This document shows positions 53,908 to 63,514 of a stretch of 64,000 nt of DNA, piece after piece. A program made the translations under genes and the position numbers. Origin of the DNA: Pseudomonadota bacterium. GTDB taxonomy: Bacteria; Desulfobacterota; Desulfovibrionia; Desulfovibrionales; Desulfovibrionaceae. The stretch lies in NCBI GenBank assembly GCA_023426275.1, contig JAFABC010000086.1, positions 7,806-71,805 on the forward strand, written 5' to 3'. The stretch's first letter is position 1. Every line of letters begins with the position of its first letter. The notes under the pieces were generated by a model. The model had not been told where the DNA came from and made no database searches. It was given only the letters and a program-made list of their open reading frames with translations.

Positions 53908-54537
53908 ATGAAGCCGCAATTCCGTCGCGTACGGTATGCACGGCACGTGGCGACCGCGTTGCCGCCCGGCCGACCATGCACGCCGTCCGGACAGGCCGCG
54001 CTACACGTGTGCCTGGCTTTTCTGCTGATGCTGCTCGGCGCGGGAAACGTCCCGGCCAAGCAACCACAGCAGGGGAATGCGACACCCGGAAATGGCGTTT
54101 GCGCCAGGACCGGGGCCTATGCCTGCTATACGAACCACAAATACGGATACCTGCTCGCCTGGCCCAAAAACCTGTTGCGCGCCCAGGGGGAATCTCCCGC
54201 CGGCGACGGGCAGGTCTTCAGCGCCCCGGACGAGACGGCCCGGCTGACCTGCTGGGCCGGCTTCAACAGCGTCGACAATACGTCCTTGCCAAAGCGCTTT
54301 CAACGCGCGCAACAGGAGGCAGGACTGCGCGTCACGTACAAACACCTGGGAAAGACCTTCTTCGTTGTCTCCGGCTTCATGGGCAACGACATCGTCTATA
54401 GAAAAACGATTCGGGACGGCACCGTCACCGCCACCTTCGTGCTGACGTACGCCAGGACGCGCAGCGCCGTCTTCAATCCGATCGTCGGCGACATCGCCAA
54501 ATCCTTCAGCATCGACCCGGAATTCATGTACCGATAA
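53908..54537 (+). CDS. Exported hypothetical protein
   Basis: Hydrophobic segment then YTNHKYGY.L.WP, GDG..F, FVVSG...IVYRK pattern; GGAGG RBS. Confidence 0.65.
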   Translation: MKPQFRRVRYARHVATALPPGRPCTPSGQAALHVCLAFLLMLLGAGNVPAKQPQQGNATPGNGVCARTGAYACYTNHKYGYLLAWPKNLLRAQGESPAGDGQVFSAPDETARLTCWAGFNSVDNTSLPKRFQRAQQEAGLRVTYKHLGKTFFVVSGFMGNDIVYRKTIRDGTVTATFVLTYARTRSAVFNPIVGDIAKSFSIDPEFMYR

Positions 54538-54592
54538 CCCGCTGGTCGCGCCGCGCGCGGTCAGCCCAACCCGCGACCGCAAGGAAAACACC

Positions 54593-55009
54593 ATGCTTCG
54601 AAACTTCCCCCGCTTTTCCGCCCTGACGGCTTTCGCCCTGCCCGCCCTGCTTGTCCTGTGCCTTGCCACCGCGGCCGGCGCCGAAGACAAACCGCAGATC
54701 AAATTCGCGCCCGGGGTCGACAGCGCCAGCCGCAAAGGCGAAATCCAGGGGATGGACCGCGATATCTACCCCATCACGGCCAAGGCCGGGCAAACCATGC
54801 GGGTGCGGGTGTCCAACAAGCTGCATCTCGTCCTGTTCCGCATCCAGAAGCCCGGCAAGGAGGAAGCCTACCTGCCCAAGGCCGGCGAGGATGACGACGC
54901 CACGCAGTGGGAAGGAACCCTGCCCGCGACCGGCACCTATAAAATCATTGTCGGCGCCATGCGCGGGGAGGACACCCGGTATACCCTGGAGGTGCGCATC
55001 ACCAGGTAA
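54593..55009 (+). CDS. PliG-like (g-type lysozyme inhibitor / PPC-fold) periplasmic protein
   Basis: Signal peptide; IKFAPG..SA..KGEIQG.D.D.Y...AKAGQ...LPATG.Y pattern recalled for PliG. Confidence 0.6.
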   Translation: MLRNFPRFSALTAFALPALLVLCLATAAGAEDKPQIKFAPGVDSASRKGEIQGMDRDIYPITAKAGQTMRVRVSNKLHLVLFRIQKPGKEEAYLPKAGEDDDATQWEGTLPATGTYKIIVGAMRGEDTRYTLEVRITR

Positions 55010-55240
55010 CGGCGCAAGGACGGCGCGCAGGGGGAAAACCGTGCCCCCCCGGCCGCGACAACGGCGCAAGGGCGGCCCGCCTTATCGGAGGCGGGCCGCC
55101 TTGTCGTCTCCAAGGCCCGGGGCATGGTTTCCACAAAGCGGTCGCCCGCCCGGGTGCGACGAGACCAGCCGCCGCCTGCTCGCGGCAGCATGTCGCCCAC
55201 TGGCCCACATGCCGGGCAGGGGCCAACGTGCCGTCCCTTC

Positions 55241-56839
55241 TTAGAAGGGAAAATCCTCACCTGCGGCGGGGGCTGGTTCCAGTTTCTTTTCCACAGGTTT
55301 TTCAGCCAGCTTGTGAACCGGATTTCCACGGACATAAATGGCTTTGTACGGCCGGGTGGGACAGGCGTGCTCGCAGGCGCCGCACCCGACGCAGAGGGCC
55401 GTGTTCACCTCCGGAATGACGAGCTTGCGGTCCGCCATGTCCAGATAAGGCACCATGTGCACGGCCTTGGTCGGGCAGTGCTCGGAACAGGCGCCGCAAT
55501 TGGTGTTGTCCGTGAAGACCACGCAGTTTTCCTTGACGAAGCGGGCCGCGCCGACCTGCGTGCGCTGCTTGCGCGCCTTGGGCAGGGCCAGGATGGCCCC
55601 GCTGGGACAAACTTGCGAGCAGGCGGTGCAGTCAAAGGTGCAGTAGCCGGAGCGAAAGACCATGCGCGGCTGCAGCAGGCCGGAGGGGCCGTACTCGAGA
55701 AACGCCGGAACCAGGATGCGGGAGGGACAGACGGAAACGCACAGATGGCAGGCCGTGCACCGGGAGGTGAAGTGGGCCACGCTCCCCGAGCCGGGGGGGG
55801 AAACCGGGCCGGTCCGTTCCTCGGGGATCGTGGTGGGACGACTTTGCACGAACGTCGCCGGCAGGGCCGCTTTTGCCCTGGCCGGGGCCAGCCCCGCGCC
55901 CAGGGCGGCCAGGGCGAGCAGGAAGCGCCGGCGGGCCGGGTCCCGCCCGTCGGTCCCGGACGCCCCGCGCCGCCCGGGGCCGAGGCCCAAGGCCTGCTCG
56001 GGACACACGGCCAGACAGTTGTAGCAGCCGACGCAACGGGTCAGGTCGATCGTCTTTTCCTTCACGTCGATGCAGCCGGCCTTGCACACGCGCGCGCACC
56101 GGCCGCAACCCACGCAGGCGGCAGCGTCCATCATCCGGACGCGGAAGACCGCGTGTTTCGCGAACAGCCCGAGCAGGGTCCCCACGGGACACAGCGTGTT
56201 GCAGTAGAGGCGGCCATGGCGCGCGCTGCACCAGCCCGCCGTGGCCAGCATGGCCAGGGCCACGCCGATGGAGACCGGGGCCAGGGCCGGCCACTGGACC
56301 CGGTACACGGCGTGGATGCCCAGGGGCTCGGCCACGGACGCCGCCAGATTGTTCGCGGCAAGGACTGCCGGCCGGACGAGATCGGCAAAAATCCGGCCGA
56401 AGTTGCTGAACGGATCGAGGAGATTGAGGAGCACCCCGCTCCCCCCCAGAAAAAGGAGCACGGTCAGGACGAGGACCGCATACCGGAGCCTGGAGTGCGG
56501 TTTGGAAAACGCGTAACCCGGCCGCGCCGTCCCGGCGCGCCGCCGCCAACCGTCGGCCAGGCGGCGTATGGCGTCCTGCAAGGTGCCGAAGGGACAGATG
56601 GTGGAACAGTAGACCCGCCCCAAAAGCAGGGTGAGAGCCAGCACGACGAGAAATCCCGTCGCCCCGAGGGCGGCCTCCCCCATGAAGCGCATCAGCGACG
56701 GGACAAATTGCGGGTAGAGCACGCCGCCGGCCAGCTCCCGCGCCCCAAAATCCCTGAAATCCAGAAAAAGCCAGGACGTCAGGGCAAGGAAGCCGACGGC
56801 AACGGCGACCCGCAGGGGCTTCAAAAAACGCAGCGGCAT
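55241..56839 (-). CDS. Membrane-bound polyferredoxin (NapH/MauN-like membrane part + NapF-like Fe-S domains)
   Basis: GRVYCSTICPFG and GRLYCNTLCPVG motifs, several TMs, internal RRRFL motif, multiple CxxCxxCxxxCP. Confidence 0.85.
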   Translation of the reverse strand: MPLRFLKPLRVAVAVGFLALTSWLFLDFRDFGARELAGGVLYPQFVPSLMRFMGEAALGATGFLVVLALTLLLGRVYCSTICPFGTLQDAIRRLADGWRRRAGTARPGYAFSKPHSRLRYAVLVLTVLLFLGGSGVLLNLLDPFSNFGRIFADLVRPAVLAANNLAASVAEPLGIHAVYRVQWPALAPVSIGVALAMLATAGWCSARHGRLYCNTLCPVGTLLGLFAKHAVFRVRMMDAAACVGCGRCARVCKAGCIDVKEKTIDLTRCVGCYNCLAVCPEQALGLGPGRRGASGTDGRDPARRRFLLALAALGAGLAPARAKAALPATFVQSRPTTIPEERTGPVSPPGSGSVAHFTSRCTACHLCVSVCPSRILVPAFLEYGPSGLLQPRMVFRSGYCTFDCTACSQVCPSGAILALPKARKQRTQVGAARFVKENCVVFTDNTNCGACSEHCPTKAVHMVPYLDMADRKLVIPEVNTALCVGCGACEHACPTRPYKAIYVRGNPVHKLAEKPVEKKLEPAPAAGEDFPF

Positions 56840-56840
56840 C

Positions 56841-57776
56841 TCAGCCGAGCTTGATGCGGTTGATGGACAGGTTTTGGAGTTCCATGCGGCCCAGGTCCAT
56901 TTCCGAGGCGAGCCTGATGTGCCGGATCTCGCCGGGTTCCAGGCCGAACAGCTTGGCCGCGGCCGCATCAGCGGCCACGCAGTCCGTGGAAAGCAGCTGC
57001 GCCTTCATGGCAACGACGTCGCTTTCCGACACGCCCCGGGGGCCGTTGCGCTTCATGACGTAGTAGGCATCCACCACGACGAGGTCCGGCTTGCGAAAGG
57101 AGGCGAAGTCCGCGATGCACTGATGGAGATCGTTGCGATGCCACTGCCCGCGATCCCAGACCACGCCCATCAGGTTCTTCATGCCGATGGTGAGCTCGGT
57201 GGAACTGTGATTTTTGAGCACCGGCACGTTGATGAACACGTCCGCGTCCAAAAGCGCCTGATGGACCATCGCCTTGGTCAGCCGCTTGCCCTGCGGAACC
57301 GCCACCTCCCGGTAGTACCCCTGGCTGTCGGCCGAAACCATCCGGCCGCCGGCTTTTCCGACCGCGTCTTCGATGCCGCTGTTGCGGTAGCACTGGCGCC
57401 AGTTGTCGCAGGTGTGGTCGAAGACGACCACCTCCCTGGCCCCGGCCGCGCGACACTGCTCCACGATGCGTCCGACCAGGACGGGATGGGTGTTGCCTCC
57501 CCGCTCCGGCGGCAGGTCCCAGCCGATATTCGGTTTGACCACGACCCGGCTTCCCTTGGGAACAAAGCGCCCCATGCCACCGTAGGCGTCGATGCCGGCA
57601 TCGAACATGGCATCCGGTTCGCCGCCCCGGATCGCCACCAGATCCCAGGGTTTTCCCTGCCCGGCCGCGGCGGCGGCCCTGCGCAAACCGTCCACGCCGC
57701 CAAAGGCCAGACCGGACCCGGCGATGATGCCGCCACGGATGGCGTTTTTCAAAAAGGCACGACGATCCATGGTCAT
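56841..57776 (-). CDS. Tat-exported DUF362 protein
   Basis: DRRAFLK Tat motif; VVVKPNIGW, THP, INVPVLKNH, MKNLMG. Confidence 0.87.
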   Translation of the reverse strand: MTMDRRAFLKNAIRGGIIAGSGLAFGGVDGLRRAAAAAGQGKPWDLVAIRGGEPDAMFDAGIDAYGGMGRFVPKGSRVVVKPNIGWDLPPERGGNTHPVLVGRIVEQCRAAGAREVVVFDHTCDNWRQCYRNSGIEDAVGKAGGRMVSADSQGYYREVAVPQGKRLTKAMVHQALLDADVFINVPVLKNHSSTELTIGMKNLMGVVWDRGQWHRNDLHQCIADFASFRKPDLVVVDAYYVMKRNGPRGVSESDVVAMKAQLLSTDCVAADAAAAKLFGLEPGEIRHIRLASEMDLGRMELQNLSINRIKLG

Positions 57777-57897
57777 TCCTCCAGGCTGGGGGTGAGAGAC
57801 AGCGGCCCTCCCGCCTTGGGGGCAGGCTGAACGGGCCGCGCCGGAGCACCGCCGGTTGCGGGCCGGGGTGCCTGCGGCCGGCTGTCTCCGATCTCCT

Positions 57898-59031
57898 CTA
57901 TTTAACCACGATCAGCTCATATTCACGGGTCCCCAGGCCGATTTTTTCCGCGTGCTCCAGACAGGTGCGCCATTCGGACTCGGGCCTGGAGTTGGTGAAG
58001 TGGTCGTGATGATCGACGAAATCCGCCTTGGCCATGTTGTCGCTGAGCTGGCTGCCCGGAAGCGGCTCGGCCTTGAGGCAGGCGTCCACGCAGGCCTGAT
58101 CCAGGGCAAGCGGGTCGAAGGAGGCGAACATGCCGATATCGGGCAAAATGGGCGCGTCGTTTTCGCCGTGGCAGTCGCAGTTGGGTGAGACGTCCACGAT
58201 CAGCGAGATGTGGAACTGCGGACGACCGTGCACCACGGCCTTGGTGTACTCGGCCATGCGGCAGTTCAGGGAGGCGACGGCCGCGTCATAGCCAAAGGAG
58301 ATCGCGTCGAAGTTGCACGCGCCAAGGCAGCGCCCGCAACCGACGCAATTGTCCTGGTTGACATGGGTCTTCTTGGTTTCGGGGTCGTAGTCCAGGGCGT
58401 TGTTGGCGCATTCCTTCAGGCAGGTCCGGCAGCCTCTGCACAGGGCCTCGTCGATGCAGGCCTTGCTGTCGCTGTGCTGCTCCGTCTTGCCCCGGCGCGA
58501 ACCGCAGCCCATGCCGATGTTTTTGATGGTCCCGCCGAAGCCGGTCGCCTCGTGTCCCTTGAAGTGGGTCAGGCTGATGAACACGTCCGCGTCCATGATG
58601 GCGCGGCCGATCTTGGCTTCCCGCACATATTCGCCGCCTTCGAGGGGCACGACGATGTCGTCGGTTCCCTTGAGGCCGTCGCCGATAAGGATCGGGCAGC
58701 CCACGGTCAGGGGCGTGAAACCGTTTTGCCAGGCGCATTCCAGATGCTCCAGGGCGTTTTTCCGGCTGCCCGGGTACATGGTGTTGCAGTCGGTCAGAAA
58801 CGGCTTGCCGCCCAATTGCTTGACGAGATCAACGACGGCCCGGGCGTAATTGGGGCGCAGGTAGCTGATGTTGCCCAGTTCCCCGAAGTGCAGCTTGATG
58901 GCCACGAACCGGCCTTTCATGTCGATCTTGCCGATTCCGGCCTTCTTGATCATTTTTTTGAGCTTGGTCGGCAGGCCGTCGCCAAACGCCTTTGTGCGGA
59001 AATCCGTAAAATACACTTTTGCCTTTTCCAT
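57898..59031 (-). CDS. DUF362 Fe-S cluster protein
   Basis: AIKLHFGE.GN, HFKGH, KNIGMGC, two CxxCxxCxxxC ferredoxin motifs, CDC. Confidence 0.88.
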   Translation of the reverse strand: MEKAKVYFTDFRTKAFGDGLPTKLKKMIKKAGIGKIDMKGRFVAIKLHFGELGNISYLRPNYARAVVDLVKQLGGKPFLTDCNTMYPGSRKNALEHLECAWQNGFTPLTVGCPILIGDGLKGTDDIVVPLEGGEYVREAKIGRAIMDADVFISLTHFKGHEATGFGGTIKNIGMGCGSRRGKTEQHSDSKACIDEALCRGCRTCLKECANNALDYDPETKKTHVNQDNCVGCGRCLGACNFDAISFGYDAAVASLNCRMAEYTKAVVHGRPQFHISLIVDVSPNCDCHGENDAPILPDIGMFASFDPLALDQACVDACLKAEPLPGSQLSDNMAKADFVDHHDHFTNSRPESEWRTCLEHAEKIGLGTREYELIVVK

Positions 59032-59712
59032 GCTTCCTCACCTTGGTTTGCTCGAAAAAACCCTTCACGCCCCACGTTGCCGGGGACAGCGCTGCAAACG
59101 CGCCAGTCGGGCATCTCTTCCATACGCCTGGAACGCCTCCGAAGGGAGACACGATCCTCTTCATTTCTTGCCTAATCCGCGCAGCCTCTTCCAGGCGATC
59201 CTGTTCGCAATTGCCCGACCAGCGCTTTTGCCTGACGAAAACCGGAAACGAATCCGGGGGCGTCCCATAATACATGCACCTTGCCAGCCGGGCCGGAAGG
59301 ACCACGGCATCCTTGGGGACGGCTTGTGGATGCGTCGCGCCCAAAGCGCCAGGAGGACCGGTCAGAGTGATTTCCCAGGCCAATGTCGGGAAGAACGCGG
59401 CGTCTGCCCGACGCCGCGCAGCACACACGCTGCGGGCCGGCAGACGCGCCATGCCCAGAAGCCCTGGAAACGTCCGGGGCCACAGCCTCCAGCGACAGCC
59501 TGTCCGCGAGGGACAGGGCCGCTTCTGCATGGCCCGGCCATCCTTGGTGGGGACATCAGGCCGGCAGCAAGCACTGTCCCGGTCGGGTGCGGGGAAGAAG
59601 TAACACAATCAAAAGCCGAGCGAAGCATCCCACCAGAATGGCACGTGACGCCTCGTCCCGTGGCCTGCGCCGGTCAAGGCGATGTTGGAGAAGGACTCCG
59701 AAGCTTTTGTGT

Positions 59713-61197
59713 TCAGTTCTCCAAGAGCAGCATGTCTATTCCAGTGAGGGGAATACTTTGAAAGAGCGTGCTCAGATCGATACGCCGCACATTGCCCCCG
59801 CTCTGATCGCCCGCTTTGAGCGTGACGGCATGGCCAGCGGCCTGCAACGCGCTCAAGAGTTGGGGCACTGTTTTGGTGGGATATTTCTGGCGCAGCAGGG
59901 TCCATGCGCCGGTAACGTGGGGAGTGGCCATGGAGGTGCCATCCCAAGAATCAAAACTCGTATCCGAATCGGCGACAGAAGAGTACACGGAAACGCCTGG
60001 GGCGAATACGTCGAGCATGGTTGGCTGGTAGTTGCTAAAACCGGCCTCGACATCACCGCTGCTGCTCGCTCCGACAGATACCGCGGTCGAGATACAGGCC
60101 GGGCCACTTATGGAACTCGTGTACCCATTATTACCACTGGCAATGGCCACGGCAATATTAACGGCGGCCAGATTATCAATCGCGCTCTTCAAGCTGTCCG
60201 AATCACAATACGCGGAATAACTCCCACCGCCGAGACTCATATTGACGGCACCAATACTGTATGTGGTTCGCAATGAATAAATATAGTTCAAGCCCGCAAG
60301 TTGATCGCTGCTATACGAACCGACCCAGAGGGTCCCATCGTTTATCTTCGAAAAGACATTCACGGCAATGATGTTCGCCTGCTTCGCGACACCGGCAGCC
60401 GTGGTCATGTCCCGACCAGCGGCAATGCCACTGACATGGGTTCCATGATCCCAGCCAGCGTAGATACTGGGATAATGGGCCGCAGCCCCCGTGCCAAACA
60501 TGCTTGAGAGGCCGTTCGGGCAATCGTACACATAAGAATAACAGGCTTCCCGAATGACCTTTCCCGTAAAAAAGACGTGGCTCGAACGAATGCCCGTATC
60601 GAGGATGGCGACCCACCAGCCCTGCCCCGTGTAGCCCTTGCTCCATGGGGAGTCGGCGCCGATGAGGCTGGTAAAGACGGTGACCGGGGCCACGGATTCG
60701 GGCGCGGCAACCGCGTTGGACAAGCCCGTCTCGGGAAGAGGAATGGGCATGTTTGCCTCGATAGAGACGACGTTTGGGTCGGCCAGAAGGCTGCTTAGCC
60801 CGTCGGCATCGACTTCCAGGGCCATGGCGGGCAGAAAACTGTACCGTTGCCTGACCGTGTAGTGCGCGCTGTCGATCCCTTTCAGGACCGCATCCCCGGC
60901 GGCCCCCACAGCTGCGGACAAGGCGTTATCCGCCACGACCGCCTGCGAACGGTCCACAGCATTACGCCCTTCATCTGGTGTAACCACCTTGAATTGTCTC
61001 GATGCCGCATTGAGCTGCGCAATATTTTGCACAGTATAATTTACAATGACATTCGCTTTTCCGGAGTCGCTTTTTGATGCTGCGGGAATATCCGCCCAGG
61101 ATTGAATACCGTGCAGAGGCAGCGCCGGGGAAACAGTCGGGATTACACTGAGAACGACAAGGGCGAAAATGAAGAAACACTTTTTCATACAAACCAT
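59713..61197 (-). CDS. Secreted S8 (subtilisin-family) serine peptidase
   Basis: Signal peptide + I9-like prodomain; catalytic ILDTG, HGTHVSG, GTSMATP; tail IPLTGIDMLLLEN. Confidence 0.93.
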   Translation of the reverse strand: MVCMKKCFFIFALVVLSVIPTVSPALPLHGIQSWADIPAASKSDSGKANVIVNYTVQNIAQLNAASRQFKVVTPDEGRNAVDRSQAVVADNALSAAVGAAGDAVLKGIDSAHYTVRQRYSFLPAMALEVDADGLSSLLADPNVVSIEANMPIPLPETGLSNAVAAPESVAPVTVFTSLIGADSPWSKGYTGQGWWVAILDTGIRSSHVFFTGKVIREACYSYVYDCPNGLSSMFGTGAAAHYPSIYAGWDHGTHVSGIAAGRDMTTAAGVAKQANIIAVNVFSKINDGTLWVGSYSSDQLAGLNYIYSLRTTYSIGAVNMSLGGGSYSAYCDSDSLKSAIDNLAAVNIAVAIASGNNGYTSSISGPACISTAVSVGASSSGDVEAGFSNYQPTMLDVFAPGVSVYSSVADSDTSFDSWDGTSMATPHVTGAWTLLRQKYPTKTVPQLLSALQAAGHAVTLKAGDQSGGNVRRIDLSTLFQSIPLTGIDMLLLEN

Positions 61198-61936
61198 TGT
61201 CGCTACCTTTTCTCTAAATGATCCATGGGAGTTGACATCGCGCACCGCCTCAAGGCCATTCCCGGCCAACAAGAGCAAAGGGAGAGGCCTTGCTATGGAT
61301 ATTTAGCAAAAGATGAACTTCCATTCAAGCAAATGGAAAGCGTAACATTGCGGACGCAGTGTCGCCGCCACGCGGCTTACCACCGAAAGCGGCACGGTTG
61401 ACGAAACCGGGTCTGTCGACGCTTGCCGGCACTCCAGCGCCGGACAGCACGATAACCGGCATGGAGACTGCCCCCCACACACAACACCATGGCCTGGACC
61501 TCTTCATCCCAAGCATGGTGGGGGCAGTTCCCAACAGGAACCCGGAAGGACCTTGGCAGGAAAGACACAGGGGCAGCGAGGCAGCGATTGCCGGGTGCGG
61601 CAGGATAGCCCGGGGCGCGGGCATCCCCGGCTTTGCGGCGGCACGGTCGCAAACCGCCCGCGCTTAGGGCACACAAACGAATGGCCTTGTGGCCGTTCCG
61701 TCGCCGCGCGCCCTGCGGCTGCGCCCGGCCAGCTGCTGTGCAACGGCACGCCGAAAGGGCCTGCCATGCTTCGGGAGCTGTTGTGGCGAAACCGGACCGT
61801 ACCGCCGGCCTCCCTGGCCCTGATTCTGTTGGCCGGCCTGCGGGAACTCCCCGGCAAATCCGCCTGGGACGCATTTCTTGCAGTCTTGGTGTGGCCTCTC
61901 GGCCATGCAAACAGAGGGGGGACGCCATGTTCCGCA

Positions 61937-63313
61937 TTAGCGGCGGGTCATCCAATATAGCGTCCGGAGTGAATCCTTTACAGGCACAACTTGCTTTATT
62001 TCAAAATACCGTGAAAAAACCTCTTCAAAAATTTCCCGCGTATATTTAGGAAAAATATCTTCACGACAACACAGCATCTTTTGGATCTGGCTATCTTCTT
62101 TTGGCACGAATTCAATAATCAGATTTTTTGCAATAGCGCAAAAAAAACGGGCGATCATCTCAAAAGGCAAATTCGCCCCGATAGCCAAATGATGCAGCAA
62201 GGCCAAGGCCATGGCCGTATCAAAAGCACTGCGGTGTAAAAGGGAATCCCTTTCCCTGTTCATCCAGCCCGAATCAGGTGAAGGATTACGAACATCAATA
62301 TGGAGCGGCAAAAGAGTCTTTTGTTTCTTTCGCGAAAGTTCATTGTAGAAAATATCGACAGCCTGCATGTCACCGTCAACTGAAACCGTATAGCAGGCAT
62401 CCGGTGCAAGTTCGCTGAAAATCCCAGTGTTGGCACCGACATCGACAAGAGAGTCAGGGGCAAGCACATTTAAAAAATGTGTAACAATTTCAATCTTATG
62501 ATTGAACGCCTCAGCTGAATAGTTCGTCTCTTGATAATAATTCAACCAAGTCGAACGCCCCTTGCCGTTTTTGATATGTGAGATCGTTGCCTTCAGACTG
62601 TCAACCAAGGCTCTATGTTTATAACTACTGAATTTATTAGCAAAATTATCTCTTGAGATTTTCTTCTGAAATCGAGTTTCGGCCTTTCCATGCATGACAA
62701 TATGCAAAAAATTGTGAAAATTGCATTTCGCCCGAAGTGGCAGCAAAGAGGAGGCAAGCCCAAGGGGCATTCCTTCCGGAAAAGCTTGTTGCAAGCACAA
62801 CAGGTCAGACGCGCTGTAGTGTGCCAGCAAAAGAGGAGCAAGGAATGATCGACAAAACTGGCCATAGGCAATCCATGGTGCATGCTCGTTTACGGCCTCA
62901 AAAGAAAGCGTGTCGATAAAAATTGGACAAGACCCTATAAATTGCACGTTATATGGCGTCGCATCTTTCAGACACATGCCATGCTGCAACGCTTGTTCCT
63001 GTATATTCAGGGTCAAAAGCGCGGCATCGCGTAGCTGGGAAAACGTCCACTCATAGGGATAGGAAACAAATGGAATGCGCTGCGGCCGCAGTATCTTAAA
63101 CGCACCCTCAGGCAAGGGGGCAACGGGAGCAATCTCGGTGTGGGCAACCAACAAATTTTGATTTATCAGTGCATCATACAAACCTGAACTTATAAACTGA
63201 CTATAATTTTGTACATAACATTTATTTACTTTCCGGTATAAAACACCATCTTCTTTAAAAACAAATCCGGAAGGATCCCTATAAGACGAATCAACTCTCT
63301 CCATCTTTTCCAT
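61937..63313 (-). CDS. NoeA-like SAM-dependent methyltransferase
   Basis: SSYRDPSG, SYPYEW, LKDATPYNVQF..PIFIDTLSF kinase-like N-half; DVGANTG SAM motif; ALALLHHL, IEFVPK.D. Confidence 0.82.
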   Translation of the reverse strand: MEKMERVDSSYRDPSGFVFKEDGVLYRKVNKCYVQNYSQFISSGLYDALINQNLLVAHTEIAPVAPLPEGAFKILRPQRIPFVSYPYEWTFSQLRDAALLTLNIQEQALQHGMCLKDATPYNVQFIGSCPIFIDTLSFEAVNEHAPWIAYGQFCRSFLAPLLLAHYSASDLLCLQQAFPEGMPLGLASSLLPLRAKCNFHNFLHIVMHGKAETRFQKKISRDNFANKFSSYKHRALVDSLKATISHIKNGKGRSTWLNYYQETNYSAEAFNHKIEIVTHFLNVLAPDSLVDVGANTGIFSELAPDACYTVSVDGDMQAVDIFYNELSRKKQKTLLPLHIDVRNPSPDSGWMNRERDSLLHRSAFDTAMALALLHHLAIGANLPFEMIARFFCAIAKNLIIEFVPKEDSQIQKMLCCREDIFPKYTREIFEEVFSRYFEIKQVVPVKDSLRTLYWMTRR

Positions 63314-63512
63314 CGCCTTTCAAAAATACAATGTTCTTCAATACTTGGAAGACGCGTTTAAAAAAATTCTTCATAAAAAATAAACTCACAAGAAATACAC
63401 TTGCCACAACCTGAAAGACATAACTCCCAGCACCCGGGTCCAGGTAGGCATAGGCATTCGTTGCCTGTGTCGTAGAAACTAAAAAAAACAGAAAAAGAAT
63501 CCGTACATACAT
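63291..63512 (-). CDS. Small membrane protein with a YLDPGxGS motif
   Basis: AYAYLDPGAGSYVFQVV followed by a TM and basic tail; coupled to the methyltransferase gene. Confidence 0.7.
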   Translation of the reverse strand: MYVRILFLFFLVSTTQATNAYAYLDPGAGSYVFQVVASVFLVSLFFMKNFFKRVFQVLKNIVFLKGDGKDGES

Positions 63513-63514
63513 TA

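Noticed and set aside
59050..59700. Coding gene between DUF362 and the subtilase
   Set aside because: Overlapping ORFs in several frames with no recognisable motif; possibly a decayed remnant, but not supportable.
61325..61960. ORFs between the subtilase and the methyltransferase
   Set aside because: No convincing start, RBS or family signature.
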